A DNA stretch of 64,000 nt from Longimicrobiales bacterium (GCA_965198065.1 CBDAON010000004.1:1344001-1408000), one strand, 5' to 3'. Numbered from the stretch's first letter, positions 20,127 to 31,226 are shown. Program-made: numbers and translations. The notes: generated from the letters alone by a model not told the origin.

Positions 20127-20153
20127 CGGTCCAGATAGTCTGCCCATTCCTGG
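20127..20153 (+). repeat. attR-like repeat CGGTCCAGATAGTCTGCCCATTCCTGG
   Basis: Matches 10111-10137. Confidence 0.85.
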
Positions 20154-20607
20154 GTCGTGCGTGGCTGCCCGAGCACCCGGCACGCTCTCCTCTCCGACGC
20201 CCCGAGCTGCTGACGTACACGCACCACACAACGTCGTCGGCCCTCGGGGCTCAGAAGTTTCCCTTGGCCGCTTCCTCCACGATCAGCTTGTCCAGTGTCA
20301 AGTCCGCCACTGCTCGCTTCAGGCGCCCGTTCTCGCGCTCGAGCTCCTTCAGGCGCCGTGCCTGGCTCACCTTCATCCCGCCGTACTCCCGCCTCCACCG
20401 GTAGTACGTCTGCTCGGTGATGCCGAGCTCCCCCCTGATCAGCTTCACGGATTTGCCGCCGGCCAGACCGACCTCTGCCTCCCGCACTGCAGTGATGATC
20501 TGCTCCGGAGTGTGTCGCTTCCTTCCCATCCTGACCTCCTCGCTGAAAAGCTTCGGACCAGCTCGATCCTAACATTGCACCTGGTCTCGTTTCAGGGGCT
20601 CAGGTCA
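20154..20607 (-). mobile_element. IS3-family left portion (orfA 20251-20529, truncated orfB)
   Basis: TGACCTG left IR; MGRKRHTPEQII...EQTYYRWRREYGG; GGGAAAC frameshift site. Confidence 0.9.
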
Positions 20608-20756
20608 ATCACGTAGCCCGTCTTACGATCGACGAAGGTGAGGACGCAGTGCTTGTCGGAGCTTCCGATGAGGCCGGTGGTTCCTAGCGGTTGGGACGCG
20701 TTAGCTTCCGGGAGCATTCAGCCCCGGCGTCGTCTGGACCTTGAGAACCCGCTTCG

Positions 20757-22205
20757 ATGAACATTCCCTTCGACAACACCTACGCCCAGCTGCCAGAACG
20801 TTTTTTCGTCAAACAGGAACCCGCCCGTGTTCCGGAACCGAAGCTCATCCGCTTCAACCGCGAACTAGCGGCGAAGCTCTCGATCGACACCGACTGGCTG
20901 GAATCAGCCGACGGCGTCGCGACGCTCGCGGGCAATGCGATTCCCGAGGGTGCCGAGCCGATTGCACAAGCCTACGCTGGCCACCAGTTCGGTGGATTCT
21001 CGCCACAACTCGGCGACGGCCGCGCCATCCTTCTCGGCGAAGTCATCGACGCGGACGGCGCGCGTCACGATCTGCAGTTGAAGGGCTCAGGGCGCACGCC
21101 ATTCTCGCGCGGCGGCGATGGCAAATCTGCGCTCGGCCCGGTGATCCGCGAATACATCGTCAGCGAAGCCATGGCCGCGCTTGGGGTTCCCACAACCCGG
21201 GCGCTCGGCGCTGTTACCACCGGCGAAAGCGTCATACGCCCAGAAGGACCGCTCCTCGGCGCTGTGTTCACCCGCGTTGCCGCAAGTCACATTCGCGTCG
21301 GGACTTTCGAATATTTTCGCGCACGCAACGATATCGATGCCTTGCAACTGCTCGCCGATCATGCCATTGCCCGGCACTACTCGGAGGCCGCCGAAGCGAC
21401 AGATTCTTATGTGGCTTTGCTAGAGTCGGTCGCGGATGCCCAAGCGGATCTCATCGCCCAGTGGATGTCTCTCGGCTTCATCCACGGTGTGATGAACACG
21501 GACAATACCGCCATTTCCGGGGAGACGATCGACTACGGCCCGTGCGCGTTCATGGACGTCTTCCACGCACAGTGCGTCTTCAGCTCCATCGACTCCGGTG
21601 CGCGCTATTCCTGGGGCAACCAGCCCGACATCGGGCTCTGGAACCTCACCCGTTTCGCGGAAACCCTGCTGCCATTGTTGTCTGAGGATTTTGGTAAAGC
21701 GACGAAGATCGCCGAGGCCACTCTCTCCGGATATCCGAAGCGATTCGGCGGCCAATACCTCGCCTGCTTCCGCGCCAAACTCGGCCTCCCACCTGAGGCA
21801 CCAGTCGGGCTCATCAAGGAGTGTCTCGATCTACTGGGCGCCCAAGCGGTCGACTTCACACTCTTCTTCCGTCACCTCACACGTGTCGCCGGCGGAGAGG
21901 ACTCGAAAACGCTTGCGGCGATGTTTTCCAGCAGTGAGCCTTTTCAAAAATGGTTCGCCACATGGCGTAGCGAAGCCGACCCAGCCAAGCACCTCGCTCA
22001 CATGCGCGCTGCCAACCCCATCCTCATCCCGCGCAATCACCGCGTCGAGCAAGCCATCCAGAGCGCCTACGATGGTGACTTCGCGCCGTTCCACCGTCTC
22101 GTCGATGCGCTAGCAGCGCCCTACGCTGACCAGGTCGAATATGCTGATCTCGAAGCAGCACCGCGACCAGAAGAAGTCGTCCACGAAACTTTTTGTGGCA
22201 CGTAG
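20757..22205 (+). CDS. selO: Protein adenylyltransferase SelO (YdiU)
   Basis: YAGHQFG, QLGDGRA, QLKGSGRTPFSRGGDG, GFIHGVMNTDN, IDYGP, C-terminal TFCGT. Confidence 0.95.
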   Translation: MNIPFDNTYAQLPERFFVKQEPARVPEPKLIRFNRELAAKLSIDTDWLESADGVATLAGNAIPEGAEPIAQAYAGHQFGGFSPQLGDGRAILLGEVIDADGARHDLQLKGSGRTPFSRGGDGKSALGPVIREYIVSEAMAALGVPTTRALGAVTTGESVIRPEGPLLGAVFTRVAASHIRVGTFEYFRARNDIDALQLLADHAIARHYSEAAEATDSYVALLESVADAQADLIAQWMSLGFIHGVMNTDNTAISGETIDYGPCAFMDVFHAQCVFSSIDSGARYSWGNQPDIGLWNLTRFAETLLPLLSEDFGKATKIAEATLSGYPKRFGGQYLACFRAKLGLPPEAPVGLIKECLDLLGAQAVDFTLFFRHLTRVAGGEDSKTLAAMFSSSEPFQKWFATWRSEADPAKHLAHMRAANPILIPRNHRVEQAIQSAYDGDFAPFHRLVDALAAPYADQVEYADLEAAPRPEEVVHETFCGT

Positions 22206-22470
22206 CGCGCCAGCATCTCCACTGGTTCTGGAATCCAACGCGGGCCTCTCAGTCATCCTCATCCTCTCCCGGCAGGAGCTTCTCTGCCAACTGTTCAAAA
22301 GGGTAGTGCTCCCGTTTACGGCGTTGAGGCCGCCCATCGCCGCGGATCGAATTTGAGGCAAGATCAACTGTGGTCCGATCTCCAGTGCCACCTGGCCCGC
22401 ATCGATCCTGCGGTTGATCGCGTTCGCAGCAAGCGGGGCATCGATCCATGACCACACCCAGAACCCGAAC

Positions 22471-24001
22471 GGTCAAGTCCCGAGTTGTGTGTAAAAGTGA
22501 GGGGAAGCTCCTCGATGCTTCGGTTAGGCTGCGTTGGCGACCTCCTTCGGTTCGAGAAGCGTGAGATCGAGGTAGCGGCGTTCGCTCCAGACCGCAGTAG
22601 TCCTCAGAGCAACCGCGGTGATGAGGCGGAGCGCACTGGCTCGGTCGGGGAAGGCGCCGGCGCTCCGGATCCGACGCTTGATCTCGGTGTGCAGGCGCTC
22701 GAGGCTGTTCGTGGTGCGTAGCCTGGCCCAGTGGGGCTCGGGGAACGCGTAGAACTGGGTGGCGGCCGTGAAGCCCCGCTCGAGCACCTTCATTGCCTCG
22801 GGGAGCTCCTCTTGCCAGCGCGTCGTGATCTCGGCCAGGCGCTTCTTCGCCTCAGCGAGCCCGGGGGCCCGGAAGACGGCGGCAACCTCGCGCGCCACAC
22901 GCTTGCGCAGGCGATGCGGGACCTTGGCCAGCACGTTGCGTTGCAGGTGCACGGTGCAGCGCTGGCGGCGCACCTCAGGCAGGAAGCGGCGCAGCGCAGC
23001 TGCCAGGCCCGCGTGCTCGTCGGCGATCACCAGTTCGACGCCGCTGAGACCTCGCTCCAGGAGCTGCTCGAGGAGCTCGGACCAACTGTCCTCTGACTCC
23101 TCAGGGCCTAGCGTGATGGCCAGGAGCCGGCGGTGACCGTCCGGATCCACCGCGTAGGCCACGAGCGCGCTCACGTTCTCGACCTTCCTGGCCCAGCGCG
23201 CATCGAGGAACGTCGCGTCCAGATACAGATAGGGGTGAGGCCCCTCGATGGGTGCGCTCCGCAGCGCTTCTACAGCCCCATCGAGCCGCTTCGTGACACA
23301 CCGCTCACGTAGGCCTCCACCATCATCTCGTCCACTTCTTCACTCCTGCGCCGGTAGCGGCCCATCACGTCGGCGGGCGAGCCGCCTTCCCGGCTGCGCG
23401 GCACCATCACGTCGATCTGACCCAAGCTCGTGAGCAGGCGCCTGAGGTACGTGCCGTTCCTGTGGTCCTTCCGGCTGCCGACCCGCTCGAAACGACGCGC
23501 TCCGACCATCGCTTTCAACTCCTCCTCCAGCACCTCCTCAGACGCCGAATCGAGGACTTCGACAACGGAGCCCCCTCGCCCAGCAGGCCTCTCATCGCAA
23601 GCTCGAAGTTCCCTTCCGCCAGACCGTGCAGGTACAGCTCCGGGAGCAGCGCACCCACCTCTTTGGTCCTCCGCAAGAACAGCGGCAGCACCCGGCTCTC
23701 GAACCGCTCCTCGAGTCCCCGAACCCTCGGACGCCTCACCGTGATCGTCCCCGAGCTCATCGCCAGCCGCCGCGGCTTGCCGTATCCGTTCCGATAGCCA
23801 GCAACCGCGTCCACAGCCCGCCTACGCTCCGACTTCTCACGGCCCAGCAGGCTTCCGTAACCTCCTCCTCCAAGATGCCCTGAATGAACTCCTGGGCCCG
23901 CTCCCGTACCCAACCCTCCAGCTCCTCCCACGTCGGCCGGCTGGACTCACTCCCCACTCCCGCGATATCCTCTCTTTTTACACACCTTTTGATCCTACCT
24001 C
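22471..24001 (-). mobile_element. Chimeric, deleted IS256-family element (two subtypes fused near 23535)
   Basis: Two successive N-terminal RNG motifs (GYRNGY then DHRNGTY), YLYLDA, QRCTVH, TTNSLER; TGTGTAAAA end motifs at both sides. Confidence 0.85.
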
Positions 24002-24166
24002 CCTCGTTCAAGGACATGGTATGTTGCCAGATTTTCCAAACATCAAGAGGAAGGTTGGCAGCCTGTTGAGGAGCCACGTCAAAGAGGAAATATTCAGGCG
24101 ATCGCCCATCCTAAAGCAGATCCACCAAACAGTCCAGCACGAGGGCTACGGAGGCACTTACAAGGA

Positions 24167-25451
24167 TGATCTGACCCCCTAAAACGAGACCAAGTCCAGT
24201 TTTAGAATTCTGGACGGGTCGAGACGAGGGAAAGGAGGTCAGGATGGCAGCGCCAAAGAACCTGAGCGCGGGACAGATCATCAACCAGCTACGCAAGGCG
24301 GAGGTGGCCCTGGCGAACGGGAAGAGGGTCAAGCAAGTGTGCCGTGAGCTGGGGGTGAGCGAGCAGACGTACTACCGATGGCGTAAGGAGTACGGGGGAA
24401 TGAAGGTGGGCCAGGCGAAGCGTCTGAAGGAGCTCGAGAAGCAAAACCAACGCCTGAAGCAGGCGGTGGCGGATCTGACGGTCGACAACCTGATTTTGAA
24501 GGAAGCCTCCAAGGGAAACTACTGAGCCCCGAGTGGCGCAGGCGGTGCGTGGTGCACGTGCGGCAGCGGCTTGGGGTGAGCGAAAGGAAGGCGTGCCGGG
24601 TGTTGGGCCAGGCGCGCTCGACGCAGCGTCGGATCCCGAAGCGGAGGGAGGACGAGGAGGCGCTGAGACAGGACGTGGTGAAGGTGGCCCGACGGTTTGG
24701 ACGCTACGGGTACCGGATGGTGACGGGGATGCTGAGGACGGAGGGCTGGGCCGTGAACCACAAGCGGGTGGAGCGGATCTGGAGACAGGAGGGGCTCAAG
24801 GTGCCAAGTAAGCAGCCGAAACGAGGGAAGGCTGTGGCTGACCGACGGTTCTTGTATCCGACTGCGGCCCCTGTACCGACACCATGTATGGGCGTATGAC
24901 TTCGTGGCGGACCGGACGCATGATGGACGGCCGCTCAAGATGCTGACGGTGCTGGATGAGTACAGCCGGGAGTGCCTGGCGATCGTGGTGACTCGCAGGC
25001 TTCAGGCGGACGATGTTCTGCAGACGCTGAGCGAGCTGTTTGCCGAGCACGGTCCACCGGCGAATCTTCGCTCCGACAACGGTCCGGAGTTCACGGCCCG
25101 AGTGGTTCGGCAGTGGCTCGGTGAGCTAGGCGTGAAGACGCTGTTCATCGAGCCGGGCAGCCCGTGGGAGAACGGCTACAATGAGAGCTTTAACGGCACG
25201 CTCCGAAACGAGCTGCTAAAGCGCGAGATCTTCTGTTCGCTGCAGGAGGCGAAGGTGCTGATCGAGCAGTGGCGGCGCGAATACAACACCGTCCGACCCC
25301 ACAGCTCTCTGGGCTATCTACCGCCCGCTCCTGAAGCTATCCGACCCGACCCGAAGCTGCTCAACCTGCCCTTGCTACTCGGACCTCACCCCAGACAACA
25401 TGAGGCGGTTCGACTAACACTCTAGGTGGTACCACTTTGGGGGGCAGGTCA
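24167..25451 (+). mobile_element. Full-length IS3-family element (orfA 24244-24525; orfB to 25425 with an extra frameshift near 24830)
   Basis: TGATCTG...CAGGTCA IRs, GGGAAAC slip site, WAYDF, RSDNGPEF, PWENGYNESFN. Confidence 0.95.
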
Positions 25452-25560
25452 ATAGGGCAAGCCCCCTGCCGATCGGCTCGCGGATGACGTCCTCGCGACC
25501 TGACGGCGGGCGCGGTGGGGGCCGTAGCCGTAGCGACCTGATCCTACTAGCGTGCATAGC

Positions 25561-25870
25561 ATGATAAACACGCTGGCGCTGATCTCCCAGAAGGGCAGGA
25601 GCGGAAAGACGACCCTGGCGCTTGCCCTCGCGGCGGCGCATGAGCGGGCGGGCGGACAGGCGGCGGTGCTGAACGCCTGTCCCCCTCGCGGCTCGTGGAC
25701 GGCCGAGGCGGTGCGCGGCTTCGGCTTGGCGCTGTGCCCCGTCACCCTCGGGGGTGCGAGTGGCACACGCGAAGGCGTTCACCCTCGGGCGCACGGCCCA
25801 GGAAGCGGAGCAGGATTCCCCGGCGGCCCGTGAGATTGAGGCCCTTTACCGATTCTGCATGGAGGCGGTG
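25561..25870 (+). pseudogene. parA: ParA-family partition ATPase, internally deleted and frameshifted
   Basis: LALISQKGRSGKTTLA deviant Walker A; far too short. Confidence 0.8.
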
Positions 25871-25872
25871 AC

Positions 25873-26091
25873 ATGACGAAAACCCTTGCCGACGCCATGC
25901 AGGCGGCGGCCGAACCGAAACCGGCGGCGAAGGGAACGCCCTCGCGGCGCGGGAAACGCGCCTGGGTGGTCTACCTGGACCCGACCACGGCCCGGCGCCT
26001 GAAGGCGATCGCGGCGCTCAACGACCGGAGTCTCCAGTCCTTCGGGGAGGAAGCGGCGGACCTGCTGATCGAGCGGTACGGTACGCGCTAG
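25873..26091 (+). CDS. Ribbon-helix-helix partition adaptor (ParG-like)
   Basis: 72 aa directly after parA; VVYLDP..ARRLK..A..DRSLQ RHH pattern. Confidence 0.7.
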   Translation: MTKTLADAMQAAAEPKPAAKGTPSRRGKRAWVVYLDPTTARRLKAIAALNDRSLQSFGEEAADLLIERYGTR

Positions 26092-26207
26092 CGTTCATAG
26101 CATGCTTGACGGGGGCACGCGCCGTAGCCGGGCACGCGAGTCCGCCCCCTCGAGACACAAACGCAGGCAACCCAAGACGTTCAAGACGTTCAAATAGGAG
26201 ATCCATC

Positions 26208-27254
26208 ATGCGTACGGTGTGCAGTGCTCTGTTGGTGCTCGTGCTCGTCGCGACCCCATGGCATGCGACCGCCGCACAGGAGCGGGGGACCATCGAGCTC
26301 GGGGCGCTGGGCCACTTCAGTAACCTCGACAAAGATGTAGGGCTGGGAGACACCTCGTTCGGTGTCGGCGGGCGCGTTGGGTTCTTCCCTGTGCGGTGGC
26401 TCGCGCTCGAGGGCGAGTATAGCCCAGGCACGCTCGAGGACATGGGGCGCAATGCAGGGTCGTGGCACCCATTCCGCGCGCTGGCCGTCTTGAACCTCCC
26501 GGTGACGCGTCACGTGACACTCTTGGCTGGCGCCGGATACAAGGGGGAGATCTGGAAGGACGACGCGACCTACAACGAGTTCGAGGGAGGAGCAACCGTT
26601 CTCGGTGGGTTACGCGTTTGTTTCGGCCGCGGGTGGTCGATACGCCCTGAGGTCATTGTCGACCACAATCCGTATCCCAACTTCCAATCGGTCGGTGGGA
26701 ACTCGAATTACCTCGGTTTCCGAATCGGGGTGAGCCGCTTCTTCCGGCGGGGACTCGAGACGTGCTCGGGAGCGTCGTTTGCGCCCGCGCCGACCCAAGC
26801 CGCTGCCCCGGCTCCAGCCGCTGCCCCGGCTCCGGCCGCTGCACCACCACCTCAACCTGCCGCGCCGCCTCGGCCAGTCGCGGCTTCGCCTGCTCCCGCC
26901 CAGCCGCCCCGGGAGATGTTCCGGCTCAACGGTGTCCTCTTCGACTTCGACCGCGCGACGCTTCGACCTGAAGGGCGCGCCCTCCTCGATTCGGCGATGT
27001 CGCTGCTGAATGCCGAGGCCGGAATCCGGGTCGAGATCCAGGGTCACACGGACCCGATCGGCACGGACGCGTACAACGAAGGTCTCTCGCTCCGGAGGGC
27101 GAACGCCGTCCGGGACCATCTGATCTCGCGAGGCATCGCGGCGTCGCGCATGACCACGCGCGCCTTCGGGGAGTCACAGCCCGTTGCCGACAACGACACG
27201 GCGGCCGGGCGACAGCAGAATCGCCGTGTCGTGGTGATTGAGATCACGAACTAG
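26208..27254 (+). CDS. OmpA-family protein
   Basis: Signal peptide, beta-barrel, Pro/Ala linker, VLFDFD, IQGHTD, LSLRRANAV, NRRV. Confidence 0.92.
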   Translation: MRTVCSALLVLVLVATPWHATAAQERGTIELGALGHFSNLDKDVGLGDTSFGVGGRVGFFPVRWLALEGEYSPGTLEDMGRNAGSWHPFRALAVLNLPVTRHVTLLAGAGYKGEIWKDDATYNEFEGGATVLGGLRVCFGRGWSIRPEVIVDHNPYPNFQSVGGNSNYLGFRIGVSRFFRRGLETCSGASFAPAPTQAAAPAPAAAPAPAAAPPPQPAAPPRPVAASPAPAQPPREMFRLNGVLFDFDRATLRPEGRALLDSAMSLLNAEAGIRVEIQGHTDPIGTDAYNEGLSLRRANAVRDHLISRGIAASRMTTRAFGESQPVADNDTAAGRQQNRRVVVIEITN

Positions 27255-27671
27255 TCACGGCTACGTGCCCCGCGCGGAGAACCCCGCCGGGTTCTCTTTC
27301 TGATCTGTCACCGCCAAGGGAGGAGATGGAATTGGACAACGGGGGGGTGCAGCCTCGGAGGCTCCGGAGCCGTTAGGGGCCTCGCGCTGCTAGCTTCCGC
27401 ACGTCTTCCGGGGGCAGGTGGAGCGCATGGGGGCCAAGCTCCTGAATTCACCTGCCCGCAATACCGCGCCATGGGGCATTCCACCAACCCTGAACCCCGT
27501 TCCTTCCCGTCTTGAGCCGTTAGCTCGATCGCCCGAAAGGCATCCCGAATCCGGCGGTGAGCTCTCCAGTCGGACGGGCTGAACCTGGCCGGACATTCCT
27601 TCGGGTCCTTGGAACGTGTGCCCTTCGGGCGCGCCCCGTCTTTCGCAGCCCGGAGAATCGCCGCGCCGCGC

Positions 27672-27902
27672 ATGACAAGACGGGTCTTCATCAAGGTGTC
27701 TTCCGCTGCCGCGCGCTCGACGCAGCGTCGGATCCCGAAGCGGAGGGAGGACGAGGAGGCGCCCACCAACGCCCTCGAGCACGAGGCCGACATCGCACGC
27801 GTCCAGGATTGGCTCGGCCACGCCAACGTCAGCACCACCCGGATCTACGACCGGCGTGCGCGACGCCCCGAGGACAGCCCCACGTTCCGCGTCAGCTACT
27901 GA
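27672..27902 (+). pseudogene. Three-part chimera: Tat signal stub, IS3 fragment, XerC-like recombinase C-terminus
   Basis: MTRRVFIK; 27711-27762 identical to IS3 24612-24662; [17 protein letters not shown]. Confidence 0.75.
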
Positions 27903-28042
27903 CGAGGGGATTCGCTGTCAGTGATCCTCGAGGCCTAACGGGGCTAGAAGCACCCTTCCCTTTCCCTCCAAGAAATTTCTGTTGCTTCTGGAGCCTAGAT
28001 GTGACACACTTGCACGCGTACATGCTTGCAAGTGTGCACACC
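27765..28042 (+). repeat. 278-bp near-identical direct repeat, copy 1
   Basis: Matches 32368-32645. Confidence 0.9.
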
Positions 28043-28066
28043 TAAACATCGAAAGGGACCGAGCCC

Positions 28067-28327
28067 ATGACAGACTTCGCAAGCGCGCTTAAGAAACCGG
28101 CGACTCCGGAGTCCGATCCACCTCAGAAACGCACTGAAAGAGGCAAGGCACCGATGAATCCGTCGAGGCAAGGCACCAAGCACATCGGCGGCTACTTCTC
28201 GCCAGAAGTATCTAGGCAGCTACGCACGATCGCAGCAGTCGAAGACACGTCCAACCAGAAACTCTTGGCCGAAGCGCTCGACATGCTCTTTCAGAGTCGC
28301 AAGATGCCAATGATTGCAAACAGGTAA
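28067..28327 (+). CDS. Ribbon-helix-helix protein (plasmid partition/regulatory)
   Basis: PSRQGTKHIGGYFSPEVSRQLR...LLAEALDMLF; flanked by TGCAC/TGCA-rich repeats. Confidence 0.75.
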   Translation: MTDFASALKKPATPESDPPQKRTERGKAPMNPSRQGTKHIGGYFSPEVSRQLRTIAAVEDTSNQKLLAEALDMLFQSRKMPMIANR

Positions 28328-28361
28328 ACACCTGCAATTGTGCACATATGCACACTACGCC

Positions 28362-29025
28362 TTAGTGTCGCCGCGCGTAGCGGGCCTTGCAGAAGCCTAG
28401 GAAGGCTGCATCCGTACTCTTCAGGGTGGGGCATCCGGACTGACGCCAGAACTCCTTCCAGTCGCTTTCCCAGGTATAGACGGTCCTCACCCAACGTGTA
28501 GCGTTTCGCGCGCTCGTACGTGTCCAACGAGCGGAAGGGTGGGGGGTCGTCCTGACGGTGGCTCTCCCACCACGCACCGCGGTTGCGAAACACCACCTGG
28601 TCAGCTTCTTCGTCGAACTCGACCGTGTAGTCCGGCAAATGGTTGCTTTCTGCCAACTGCTTGGTGAAGAAGCGAAACTTCTTCAGCGGGCTCCGTGCGC
28701 CCATCTTTTTGCGGAGGAGCTCTAGGCCGATGCGCCAGTCGGCCTTTCGGCCGCAATGCTTCCGGGCAATCTCATAGGCACGGCGCTCGTACGGCTTTCC
28801 AAGACGGAAGTAGTCTCGGTTAAGGGTCAGAACCTCGCCCGCGCGAATCGCACGGAATACCCAATCAGATAGGGTGACCTCGACCCACAGCAAGCGGCCA
28901 TCCAGACCTTTTTCGCGACGTATTGAGGAAGCATCGATAAGCCCAAACGTATCGATTTGCTCCTCATCACCCGTGCGGATGTTCGTGCTGATGGTGGTTC
29001 CTCGCAGCCGCTCTAAAGCGGCGAT
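28362..29025 (-). pseudogene. repA: Plasmid replication initiator RepA, 5'-truncated and frameshifted
   Basis: ALERLRGTTISTNIRTG, VTLSDWVFRA, VLTLNRDYFRL, YEIARKHCG. Confidence 0.85.
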
Positions 29026-29948
29026 GAACGCAGCAGAGCATCTTCGGGCTGGTTCCTCAGAAGTCTTCGGGAGGGACTCCGAGTCGCTCGAGCGCCTTTG
29101 GGGAGAGCTGGGGGGACCCCAGGACGGTGCCGGCATCCATGCCTCCCTCGACCCAACCCCTCTCGGGGCCGCGCCAGGTCTCGACCCGGAGCTCGCCGGA
29201 ATCCACGTCCTCTACCCAGCGACCGACCACGCCGCCGTCGCGGGAGGGACCGCCTAGCACCTTAAGTTCGCCCATCACCAAGTCTCCCAAAGGGTGGGAG
29301 GTCGTTCAGCAGAGCAGTGACGTCGAGGCGCTCAAGAGAGCCGCCTCCGACCTTGTGCAACCCTACCGTGACATTCTACGCCAGGTGCAGCGAGACGTTC
29401 CGGGTGCCAAGCTGTTGGGTGCTAACCATAGAACGGCGTTCTCGTAAGTCGTGACAGGGCACCACAAGTTCCCGCCCCGCCCCCGACTCCGACAGGGGGA
29501 GGGAGGGAAGAGGGAGCACCGGTCGGCGCCGCTTCTGAGGAGCGCCGCCGCCACTCCCTCTCTCTGTCAACAGCAGTTCTTCCGCCCAGCTCCTGAACAG
29601 CGCTTCGGAGGTTGCGGAGACCAAACCACAGGAGGGAAAGAGATTGATCGAAACCCACACCGACCCCGACCTAAAGGGAGGGGGGGGTGGGGGGGCGGGT
29701 TGCCCCCCAGGGGGGTGCGCCCCCGCCCCTTTCGAGGCGTCCTCGGTCGTCGCCTTCGAGGGTGAGCATGCCCAGCTGTAAGCCGCTCCCCCTGGAGGCC
29801 TCCAGAGAACTCGTCAGCGCGGCGATCGCCGCCGCCCGTCCTGCAGGGCGGATCGCGAACGGCCGGGCTTCCGGCTTGACCTGCACAACCCGGGATAGCT
29901 AACCCGCAGCTGCGCCAGTGGACACCCCAGCCGCTGAAGGGCGCCAGA

Positions 29949-30224
29949 TCAATCGAACAAATCGGTATGGGTTCCAGTCCGAACCAGGATGAGAGCATCG
30001 TCCTCCTGGTCCCAGACCAACAGCCAGTCCGGCTCGATGTGACATTCCCAGCAAGGCGACCAGTCCCCGGTCAACCGATGCTTCCGATGTCGTGGGTCGA
30101 GAGGCTGATTCGACAGAAGTCGCTCCACGACACTCCAGAGCTTGTCGAGATCCTTGCCGCGCTTTCTGCCACGCTTGAGATCCTTCTCGAATCGCTTCGT
30201 GGTAAGCAGGCGCATTGGGATCAA
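29949..30224 (-). CDS. yafQ: YafQ-family (RelE superfamily) toxin
   Basis: FEKDLKR, HRLTGDW...ECHIEPDWLL, RTGTHTDLF. Confidence 0.92.
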   Translation of the reverse strand: MIPMRLLTTKRFEKDLKRGRKRGKDLDKLWSVVERLLSNQPLDPRHRKHRLTGDWSPCWECHIEPDWLLVWDQEDDALILVRTGTHTDLFD

Positions 30225-30478
30225 CCGTGCCGGGCTTTGAGATCCTCCAGGCTGGTGTATTCGGTGAGTCCCTCTCCGGTGCGGGCCTGCCGCAACGCTG
30301 CGATGGTCTCGGCATTGGGAACCTTCACAGCGAACGGCAAGCCGTGATGCAGCGTTACCTGTCGATAGAACAGCGTGATCGCCACGGTTGGCGACAAACC
30401 GAGCCCCGAGAAGATCTCTTCGGCCTGGCTCTTCAACTCCGGTTCAACGCGGGCCCGGATCATTTCGGTCTTGGCCAT
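30221..30478 (-). CDS. dinJ: DinJ/RelB-family antitoxin
   Basis: IRARVEPELK..AE.IF..LGLS...AI, LPF...PNAETIAA; overlaps toxin start. Confidence 0.92.
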   Translation of the reverse strand: MAKTEMIRARVEPELKSQAEEIFSGLGLSPTVAITLFYRQVTLHHGLPFAVKVPNAETIAALRQARTGEGLTEYTSLEDLKARHG

Positions 30479-31226
30479 TTTGGGAACCTCCCCCGTCTTG
30501 TTTGCTGATAATGTATCCCACACGGGGAACAGATCAATAACGTGACCTTTTCTCTCCACGATCCCAGCGTCGTCGCCCCCCTCGCCGGCCTCCGCCTCGA
30601 AGATGGCGGGTGCGGGTCTCCGCGAGCATCCGCATTGGGCACGGGCTTATAGAAGTGGCGCGGGAAATCGGCCGGACCCGTCCAGGCCGTGAGTTCTCAC
30701 CTGCCGTCAGCTCGGGCCGATCCCTTGATTTCGCGCCTTCGACCGGCCGGAGAGCCGGCCAGGAGGCCCTCAGCACAGACTTCTCGACGGCGGCTGACCC
30801 GTAGGACCTTTAGCAGGGCAGCGGCTCGGTAGGCGTCGCCGGCGCATTCGCCCAGACTGCCGCGTTCGCTCGACCTCCGCGATGCCGTCGTCAAAAGCGT
30901 CTACAAGAGTACGTACCAGTACCGTAGCAAGGAGATGGACATGGACGCAGGGGGGGATCGTGCGTGACCTCGTATCTCCAATGTGGAGGACGACTTGGGA
31001 CGCACACGGGATGGTCGGAAATACGGACGTGTCCACGGGCCGTGTGTACGGGTGTTCACCCCTCACTTTTGGGGCACAGATCCTGGGGGTTGTTAGTAGA
31101 TTCAAGAGGCTGGATCATATTCGGAGGCAGCGGAGAAGCTCTGGAGGAAGGCGAGAGCCAGAAGCGGGGACTAGACGGATCGGCTTCGGACGCCTTCCCC
31201 CACGTTCAGCGGTTCCTAGAAATAGT

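Larger units (their letters stand above)
10111..20153. mobile_element. 10-kb integrase-bounded genomic island with putative defence cargo
   Basis: 27-bp direct repeat (25/27 identical) at both ends, AT-rich arms inside each end, intact integrase next to the right end (same layout as the virB4 element). Confidence 0.8.

Noticed and set aside
26780..26910. Tandem GCCGCTGCCCCGGCTCC repeats
   Set aside because: Ordinary Pro/Ala linker of OmpA
27499..27635. Assignment as 6S RNA or c-di-AMP riboswitch
   Set aside because: Only short word matches (TGAGCCG, AGCTAAC); consensus architecture not met, so kept as an unassigned candidate
29885..29950. attC downstream of yafQ
   Set aside because: Only a GTTAGCT core; no matching inverse core or L boxes
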